NCBI GenBank assembly: GCA_045617465.1
Contig: JAZLIQ010000003.1
Coordinates: forward strand, 15,738 to 39,737
Reading direction: 5' to 3'
DNA from: Mycoplasmoidaceae bacterium
GTDB taxonomy: Bacteria; Bacillota_I; Bacilli_A; Mycoplasmatales; Mycoplasmoidaceae
DNA length: 24,000 bases
The translations under genes and the position numbers were made by a program. The notes under the pieces were generated by a model. The model saw nothing but the letters and a program-made list of their open reading frames with translations. It was not told the origin of the DNA and made no database searches. Positions 17,369 to 24,000 of the stretch are shown here, piece by piece (within the stretch, counting starts at the first letter, position 1; every line of letters starts with the position of its first letter).

Positions 17369-17395
17369 TTAGCACTTTTTTGTTATGAGTGCTAA
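17369..17395 (+). promoter_or_regulatory. CIRCE element (HrcA operator) TTAGCACTT-N9-GAGTGCTAA upstream of dnaJ
   Basis: It matches the CIRCE consensus TTAGCACTC-N9-GAGTGCTAA at 17/18 arm positions with exact 9-nt spacing. A TATAAT box at 17404-17409 follows, and the dnaJ ATG is at 17431. Confidence 0.9.
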
Positions 17396-17430
17396 TTTTC
17401 TTATATAATATATGTATATTTATTTATATT

Positions 17431-18624
17431 ATGGCAAGCAAACGAGATTATTACGAAGTGTTAGGTCTTAGTAAGGATGCATCAGAACAAGACATCAAAA
17501 AAGCTTTTAGACGTCTTGCTATGCAATACCACCCAGACCGTAACAAAGCACCAGATGCCGAAGAAAAGTTTAAAGAAATTAATGAGGCATATGCGGTATT
17601 ATCAGATAAAGATAAACGTGCTACATATGATAGATTCGGACATGAAGGTCTAAACCAACAAGGCTTCTCTGCGGGAAACCCTTTTGATATTTTCAATGAA
17701 TTCTTTGGTGGAGGTAAAGGTGGAGTTAAGTTCTCCTTTGGAGAAGACTCTGATTTTGACCTAGGTGATATCTTTGGTGGGTTCTTTGGTGGAGGTAGAG
17801 GCCAAAGACGAAGAAGCAACCAAGAAGTTGTGCCATATGAACTTAATATCCAAACAGAAATCAATATTGATTTCTTAGAATCTGTTTTAGGAACCAGCCG
17901 TGATGTAACTTTAAAAATAAAATCTGCATGTGATGAGTGTAATGGTTCTGGTGTTGCTAGAGAAGAAGGGGCTGAAGTAACCTGCAGTCACTGTAAAGGG
18001 ACTGGGGTTTACACTCAAGCTAGACGTACACCATTTGGTGTAATGCAAAGTCAAACAACTTGTCCATACTGTCATGGAACTGGTAAAGTTGTTAAAATAC
18101 CTTGCCCAAAATGTAAAGGCAAGAAATACCACGAAGAACTTAAAACATATGAGATTGCCATTGATCCAGGTATCGAAGATGGACAAGTTGTTAAGATACC
18201 ACAAAAAGGTCATAGCTATCGTAATTACACTGGTGACCTATATGTGCGTATAAATGTAAAAGCAAGTAAGATCTTTAAAAAACAAGATGATAACTTATAT
18301 ACACAAGTAATTGTTGATCCATTGCAAGCAATGGTTGGTGGAGAAATTGATGTTCCAACTCCTTATGGTTGAAAGAAAATGAAACTACCAGCAGGAACTG
18401 CTGATGGTGAAAGAATAGAAATTTCTCAAGCTGGTATTAAAAACATCAAATCTAAAATGTTTGGTGGTAAGAGCAATGGTGACTTAACTGTTATTATTAA
18501 ATATGCACGTCCACAAAAATATGATAAAGACCAAGTCAAAACTTTAAATAAAGTTTTATCAGATGCTGGAGAAAATGATGAAGTTAAAGACTTCATTAAA
18601 CGTGCTAAGAAGGAGATTGAATAA
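17431..18624 (+). CDS. dnaJ: Molecular chaperone DnaJ
   Basis: J-domain DYYEVLGL...YHPDRN, a G/F-rich region, and four zinc-finger motifs ([32 protein letters not shown]). ORFs 17389 and 18379 are in frame across a TGA. Confidence 0.95.
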
Positions 18625-19271
18625 TGAGCAAGAAAGATAAAAAACTTGAGCCAAAGAAAGAACCTAAGAAAGAAAATGCACCGGTTCAAGAAGAATCTCA
18701 AGAATCTAAATTGGCTAAGCAAATCATTGATTTGCAAGCTTCTATTGAACAAAAGAATAAAGATCTAGAAGCAGCAAGAGTAGCTATCGACCAAGCAAGA
18801 AAAAAAGAAATTGCTATGGGTGAAGCTTATAAAGATCTACTAGCTCAAGCCGAGAAAAAAGCAAATGAACTTATTAAGAATAAGATTGATGAAAATGATG
18901 CTAAGTTTAAACGTGAATTGACTGAAGCAAAAAAGTATGCCATCAAAGATGCTGCTTTAGATTTAATTGACATCATTGCCGAATTCTCTGCGGCTATCAA
19001 TCATCCTGTTACTGATCCAAAAATTGCTAATTGACTATCAGGTTTCAAAATGTATTTAACAAAATTTAATAATTTGTTAAATGATTTACATATCCAACAA
19101 ATTGTTGTAAATGAAGGACAAGAATTTGATCCTAACATTATGGAACCTTTTGAAACTGTTGCAGATGCAACAAAACCAGATAATACTGTGGTAACCATTT
19201 TAAAACCAGGTTATAAACTTTACGATCACATTTTAAAACCAGTATTAGTTAAAGTTATTAAGAATAAATAA
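18624..19271 (+). CDS. grpE: Nucleotide exchange factor GrpE
   Basis: The ATG overlaps the dnaJ stop (TAATG). The protein has a charged coiled-coil N-terminus and a C-terminal part with ...GQEFDPNIMEPFETV... (GrpE FDPxxHEA-type motif). ORFs 18624 and 19050 are in frame across a TGA. Confidence 0.88.
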
Positions 19272-19309
19272 TAAATAATATAATAATTGAAACGCGCAAA
19301 GGATAAATT

Positions 19310-20671
19310 ATGAGACATGTAGATATTGCTAAAGCAATTAAAGATCCTAAATTGATTGGACAAGAACTAACAATTGAAGGATGAGTTAAATTTAATCGTG
19401 ATAGTGGCAAAATCGTTTTTTTAGCTATGAACGATGGTACAACTATCAAGAACTTACAAATAGTTTGTAAAGCTGAAGGACTAAAGAATTTTGATAAAAT
19501 CAAAACCTTCCGTTTAGCTTCTGCTGTAAAAGTAAAAGGAGTTTTAAAACAAGGTCGTGAACCAGGAAGTGTAGAATTAGAAGCTAAAGAAGTAAAACTT
19601 CTTAAGCTTGCTGATGAAGACTTCCCTTTACAAAATAAAGAACACTCTAATGAATTTCTAAGAGAAATCGCTCACTTAAAAGCTCGTGCAACTACAACTC
19701 AAGCTATTGCTAGGATTAGAACTGAATTAGCTTATGCTATTCATAATTTCTTCCATACTAAAGGTTTTATTTATCTAGCTAGTCCAATCATTACAAGCAA
19801 TGACTGTGAAGGGGCTGGAGAAAACTTTATCATTAAAGAAGATCCAGCTAACCCATTCTTTGCTGGCATTACTCCTAGTTTAACCGTTTCAGGACAATTA
19901 AATGCTGAAAGCTATGCTTTAGGTATGAAAAAAGTTTATACCTTTGGTCCAACATTCAGAGCTGAAAGAAGTCACACAAATAGACACTTGGCTGAATTCT
20001 GAATGGTTGAACCAGAAATTAACTTCATGAATTTAAGACAATTAACAATGTTAATTGAACAAATGATTAAGAACATTATCACTAAAGTTTTAAATAAATG
20101 TGGTGATGAAATTAAATTCTTGAACCAAAAATATAACAACAATACTTATGAAACTTTAACAAAGTTACTAAATGAAAAATTTGTTCGTTTAGATTATGCT
20201 AAAGCTGTAGATATTCTAAAAGAAGCTGTAGCTAATGGTCATAAGTTTGAAGATGCAAATATCTTCTTTGGAAAAGACTTTGGGGCAGAACATGAAAGAT
20301 ATTTGTGTGAACAACACTTTAAAGCTCCAGTATTCTTAATGAACTTTCCAAAGGAAATTAAAGCTTTCTACATGAAAGCAAATCCGGATGGAAAGACTGT
20401 AGCAGCTTGTGATTTACTTGTTCCAGGAATTGGTGAAATTGTTGGAGGAAGCCAAAGAGAGGATGACTACAATAAAATTGTAAAACGTTGTCAAGAAATG
20501 AACATTGATACAAAAAGTTTACAATGATATCTAGATCTAAGAAAATACGGTTACTACCGTTCATCTGGATTTGGATTAGGCTTTGAACGTTTCTTAATGT
20601 ACATTACTGGTGTAGACAACGTTAAAGACGTTATTCCATTCCCAAGATTTGAAGGAGAACTAAAGTTCTAG
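19310..20671 (+). CDS. asnS: Asparagine--tRNA ligase
   Basis: N-terminus [12 protein letters not shown]...[25 protein letters not shown]. The class IIb motif [21 protein letters not shown] is AsnRS-type, and the C-terminus has GGSQRE...[12 protein letters not shown]. Three fragments are joined by TGA. Confidence 0.93.
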
Positions 20672-20672
20672 T

Positions 20673-21353
20673 ATGAATAACAAAAAGATCTTCTGTAAGG
20701 AAAATATTCCTAACATGTTGCTGGTACTAAGAATGATCTTAGTTCCAGTTATTGTTGGTTTATTGATTGGTGAAAGATATTCAAATATTGAAACCAACCC
20801 AATTGTTTATCACTTAATAACACCTTTTGGCACTGGTTCATATTATTCAACTATCCATTTATATTTCTTGCTAGCTGGAATCTTTTTTGTTCTAGCAGCA
20901 ATCACAGATTGATTAGATGGATTTATTGCTAGAAAGAAGAATTGAGTTTCTGATTTTGGTAAGCTATGGGATCCAATTGCCGATAAAGTACTAGTCAACT
21001 CAACTCTAATCTGTTTAGCTTGACTAACAATGATTCCAGTCTTTATCCCAATCATTATGATTGCTAGAGATGTTTGTGTTGATGCACAAAAGATGGTAGC
21101 AGCAAAGAAGGGTACAGTTGTAGCTGCAAACTACTGAGGAAAATTAAAAACTGTTTTACAAATGGCAGGAATTGTTTTAATATTCTTCTTCTTTAACTGT
21201 AAATATGAATATATCGATCCTGATTTTAAAGGTTTATACTGAGGAATACAAAACCTAGTATTGCTTTTAGCAACAATTATGTCTGTTGCTTCAGGAATTA
21301 TTTACTTTATTGATATTAATAAAGCGCTTAAGAACAATGCAAAACAAAATTAA
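20673..21353 (+). CDS. pgsA: CDP-diacylglycerol--glycerol-3-phosphate 3-phosphatidyltransferase
   Basis: CDP-alcohol phosphatidyltransferase motif [27 protein letters not shown], with multiple TM segments. The frame continues across 5 in-frame TGA to TAA at 21351-21353. Confidence 0.9.
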
Positions 21354-21825
21354 CGAACAAATCATCAAAAAATTAAATGATTTACATTTAACTATTAGTA
21401 CATGTGAATCAATGACTGGTGGAGCTTTAGCTGCTAACCTAGTTTTAGTTGAACATGCTAGTAATAGTTTTTTAGGTTCATTGGTTACTTACCATGCTGA
21501 TGCAAAAAGAAAGTTTGCTAAAGTAGATGATGAAATCATAAAGAACTATGGTACAGTTTCTAAAGAATGTGCTAGAGCAATGGCAGAAGGTTGCCAAAAA
21601 GGTTTTAAATCTGATATTGCTATATCTGTAACAGGCAATGCAAGTACATCTAACCCAATTGAAGGGCAACCTAGTGGTATGGCATACATATGTATTAATT
21701 TGTTTGAAAAACCACATGATTATCAATTTATCTCAAAGTATCATGATCGTACAGATACTATTAATGAATGCGTAGCATTTGTTTTAAATAATCTTTGAGA
21801 TTTGATTAAGGACTTAAGCAAATAG
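21337..21825 (+). CDS. cinA: CinA-family nicotinamide-nucleotide amidohydrolase (PncC domain only)
   Basis: Motifs LTISTCESMTGGALAANLV...SNSFLGSLVTYHADAKRKF...YGTVSKECARAMAEG...ISVTGNAS. The ATG at 21337 overlaps the pgsA end by 17 nt. The gene lies upstream of recA, as in Firmicutes. Confidence 0.88.
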
Positions 21826-21826
21826 T

Positions 21827-22459
21827 ATGTATATTGCTTTATTAGTTGGTTTGTGTTTACTTACAGCACTAGGGCTTGGGGCTAGTGCTTTAGTTTATTC
21901 TTCTTATATTTACTATAGAAATAGAGTATTTAGTAAAACTAAAGTTTCTGTATTATGAATTGTTGTTTGTGGTTTCATGGTCATTTTTATGACTATTGGT
22001 ATAGTTTGTTTTAGTCTGGATGCTAACACATGACATACTTGTTTAGAGTTTGATCCAGCTTACATAGCTTTATCTTCTGTTTGTTTATTTTTAAGCATAG
22101 CTTATCTTGTGTTTTTTAGTCTATTGCCTAAACTAACAAACAAAAATAAGATACCTTATGATCAAATGATGAAGGTTGATTATCAAACAAAGATAAAGCA
22201 AATTCAACAACGTTTGGGTGACCTTAACAAAGTTAAAAATGACTTATTAACCCACCATAAGCACTATTACCAAGACATGCTTTTTTATTACGAAAAGATT
22301 CTAAATCGGCTAAAAGATCAAAAAATTTCTTTGGTTGAAAAAATGGCAGATATTGTAACTTTCAATGATACGTTTACTCACTATTGATGCACTAAAACGA
22401 ATGATTACCAACTTCTATTAACATACCAGTTTTGTGAGGCTCTAAAAAAATTTTTTTAA
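21827..22459 (+). CDS. Hypothetical membrane protein (three predicted N-terminal TM helices plus a charged helical C-terminal half)
   Basis: The ATG lies 1 nt after the cinA stop. Translation MYIALLVGLCLLTALGLGASALVYSSYIYY...VLWIVVCGFMVIFMTIGIVCF...YIALSSVCLFLSIAYLVFFSLL is followed by ...KIKQIQQRLGDLNKVKNDLL.... ORF 22109-22387 is extended in frame on both sides across TGA. Confidence 0.7.
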
Positions 22460-22492
22460 ATTTTCCAAACTTTTAGGTGAATAAGTATATGG
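22444..22492 (+). promoter_or_regulatory. Copy 2 of the 49-bp conserved upstream element, immediately upstream of recA
   Basis: 46/49 identities to 798-846. The core TTTTAGGTGAATAAGTATATGG lies at 22471-22492, and the recA ATG is 16 nt downstream. The 5' A/T tract overlaps the last codons of the preceding ORF. Confidence 0.6.
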
Positions 22493-22507
22493 AGAATATA
22501 AATACAT

Positions 22508-23488
22508 ATGCAAAATCAAAAATTATTTGAAGAAACTATAAAAGAACTAGAAACCCAATTCGGTAAGGGTTCTATTATTAGTTTAGATAACTCTAAAGCT
22601 ATAGCTTGTGAAGTTATCTCATCTGGAAGTATAAATTTAAATAAAGCTATAGGTGTAGGTGGTTATCCTAAAGGAAGAATCATTGAAATCTATGGTAATG
22701 AAAGTAGTGGTAAGACTACATTAGCATTACAAGCTGTTGCTAGCTGTCAAAAGGCAGGTGGCAAATGTGCTTATGTTGATGTAGAACATGCCTTAGACAA
22801 TAAATATTGTCTTGCTAATGGTGTTGACACTAAAAAACTATTATTAGCTCAGCCAGAAACTGGTGAACAATCTTTTGCTATTGTCGAAGCATTAATTAAA
22901 ACAGGAATGATTGATTTAATTATTGTTGACTCAGTAGCTGCCCTAGTTCCTGAAGCTGAACTAAATGGTGAATATGAAGACCAAAACATTGGTCTACATG
23001 CTAGACTGATGTCTAAAGGACTAAGAATCCTACAAACAGTAATGGCTAAATATAACACTACAGTTATCTTTATTAATCAAATTAGAGAAAAGGTTGGTAT
23101 TTTATTTGGTGATAACAAAACCACACCCGGTGGTTGAGCAATGAAGTTCTATTCTAGTTTAAGAATAGATTTGAAACGTATTGAAGCTTTAAAGAGCGGA
23201 ACAAACATTATTGGTATCCGTTCTTTAGCTAGAGTTGTCAAGAATAAAGTTGCACCACCAATGCAATCATGTTATCTTGATATCTACTTTAACAAAGGAT
23301 TTGATAATGTAGCAGAAATAATTGAAAATGCTATTGCAGCTAACATTATTCAAAAATCTGGATCATGATTTTATTTTGGTGAAACAAAACTTGCCCAAGG
23401 TAAGGAAGGAACAATAAAATTCCTAACTGACACTAAAAATAAAAAACTTTTTGGTGAAATAACGAAGTTAGTTTTAAAACCTCAATAG
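22508..23488 (+). CDS. recA: Recombinase RecA
   Basis: Motifs FGKGSII, Walker A GNESSGKTTLAL, AYVDVEHALD, IIVDSVAALVP and FINQIREKVG. Three fragments are joined by TGA (GGWAMKFYSS) to TAG at 23486-23488. Confidence 0.97.
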
Positions 23489-23501
23489 ATAGATAACAGA
23501 T

Positions 23502-23510
23502 TGGTATAAT
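23502..23510 (+). promoter_or_regulatory. Extended -10 promoter (TGgTATAAT) ending 4 nt before the ATG of the coiled-coil gene; probably a leaderless mRNA
   Basis: TG at 23502-23503 and TATAAT at 23505-23510, with the ATG at 23515. No Shine-Dalgarno sequence is possible in that spacing. Confidence 0.5.
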
Positions 23511-23514
23511 AAAA

Positions 23515-23847
23515 ATGACAATTAGAGAAGTAATTGTAATTTTAAATAATCCCAAAATGTTAGATTGTCAATGTAATTTCAAATTAACAGGTAAACCTAG
23601 GATAACCGTTGAGCAACTTGCCTCAAATTTAACAGTACTCAATTCCAAAATGATTGAGCTTAGTGACAAGGTGATTGAACTCAATGATAAGGTAATTGAG
23701 CTTAACACTAAGGTAATTGAGCTTAACACTAAAGTTAATCAGATTAGCACTAAGCTAGATGCTTTTATTATTGAAGTCCGCAATGGTTTTAAAGCTATCA
23801 ACGATAGAATTGATAACCTCGTTAAGAAAAACAATCTAATTGAATAA
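23515..23847 (+). CDS. Coiled-coil protein with heptad (21-bp) tandem repeats KVIELN(D/T); function unknown (Mycoplasma DUF16-like architecture, tentative)
   Basis: The 110-aa ORF contains KMIELSD KVIELND KVIELNT KVIELNT KVNQIST KLDAFII, then ...AINDRIDNLVKKNNLIE. A terminator follows directly. Confidence 0.75.
   Translation: MTIREVIVILNNPKMLDCQCNFKLTGKPRITVEQLASNLTVLNSKMIELSDKVIELNDKVIELNTKVIELNTKVNQISTKLDAFIIEVRNGFKAINDRIDNLVKKNNLIE
23647..23751 (+). repeat. 5 x 21-bp in-frame tandem repeat; units 3 and 4 (23689-23709 and 23710-23730) are identical
   Basis: Units start at 23647, 23668, 23689, 23710 and 23731. AAGGTAATTGAGCTTAACACT occurs twice in tandem. Confidence 0.9.
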
Positions 23848-23875
23848 AAAAATAGGCTTATGCCTATTTTATTTT
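23847..23875. terminator. Bidirectional terminator between convergent genes
   Basis: Stem AAATAGGC / GCCTATTT (23850-23857 / 23862-23869) with loop TTAT, an A-run upstream and T-rich sequence downstream. The stop codon of the - strand gene (23864-23866) lies in the stem. Confidence 0.75.
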
Positions 23876-24000
23876 GCTCATCGCATTTAGCAAGTCAACA
23901 ACATTTAAGATGATCGAATCTTGTGTTGTCTTTGAGTACTTACCAAGGTTGTTGATTGTTTCTTCCACAGATTGGTGAACTAAACCATCACGGTGACAAA
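23864..24000 (-). CDS. 3' end (44 codons) of an unidentified - strand gene that continues beyond the window
   Basis: The open frame on the - strand reads ...CHRDGLVHQSVEETINNLGKYSKTTQDSIILNVVDLLNAMSKIK*. It ends in the terminator hairpin and has genome-typical codon usage. It is too short to assign. Confidence 0.4.
   Translation of the reverse strand, partial: CHRDGLVHQSVEETINNLGKYSKTTQDSIILNVVDLLNAMSKIK

Noticed and set aside
17451-17864. 137-aa - strand ORF antisense to dnaJ, with similar antisense ORFs at 17911-18213, 18426-18752, 16194-16484, 15047-15265, 15691-15882, 11783-12188, 12441-12638, 9852-10079, 3086-3274, 3568-3819, 4034-4336, 6524-6706, 7367-7585, 19001-19198, 19258-19503, 20358-20564, 20843-21055, 21478-21726 and 22849-23058
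   Set aside because: All lie inside strongly supported genes on the opposite strand. Their products are low-complexity or hydrophobic, and they lack RBS or promoter signals. Such ORFs are expected by chance when TGA is not a stop.
1-24000. Search for defence systems, toxin-antitoxin pairs, restriction-modification genes, integrases/transposases, prophage genes, tRNA/rRNA genes and riboswitch/T-box leaders
   Set aside because: I recognised none. The only methyltransferases are housekeeping RNA enzymes (trmK, rsmH). The leuS and asnS leaders (about 50 and 40 nt) are too short for T-boxes, and there are no inverted terminal repeats or target-site duplications.

Overview
AT-rich Mollicutes (Mycoplasma-type) chromosomal segment that only makes sense under translation table 4 (UGA = Trp). 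Most long genes are split at in-frame TGA in the supplied ORF track. They re-join into full-length conserved proteins when TGA is read as Trp, for example sigma-70 [14 protein letters not shown] at 1985-2026. Content from left to right: a 6 x 45-bp tandem-repeat gene (-), a stand-alone SWIB/MDM2-domain gene (-), and a small membrane ORF. Next come rpoD(sigA)-trmK-NIF3 (Bacillus-like order) and a terminator-bounded ~3.9-kb island of three lipoprotein genes. Then follow a NifU-like gene (-), leuS, a DEAD-box helicase and pepA. The minimal dcw cluster is mraZ-rsmH-ftsA-like-ftsZ plus a small ORF, preceded by three phased MraZ boxes. The rest is CIRCE-dnaJ-grpE, asnS, pgsA, cinA/pncC, a membrane/coiled-coil ORF, recA, a heptad-repeat coiled-coil gene, and the 3' end of a convergent gene. 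I saw no rRNA, tRNA, CRISPR array, IS/transposase or recognisable defence genes. Most interesting observations: (1) a 49-bp non-canonical upstream element shared 46/49 between recA and the small ORF beside sigA, a candidate alternative-sigma or recombination regulon signal; (2) a CpG/GC-rich synonymous-codon island in the 3' third of ftsZ; (3) a SWIB-domain protein close to a sigma factor with a histone-H1-like basic tail; (4) the lipoprotein island; (5) two in-frame tandem-repeat genes. All coordinates were derived by hand from the sequence. Functional calls rest on recognisable motifs, not on database searches.
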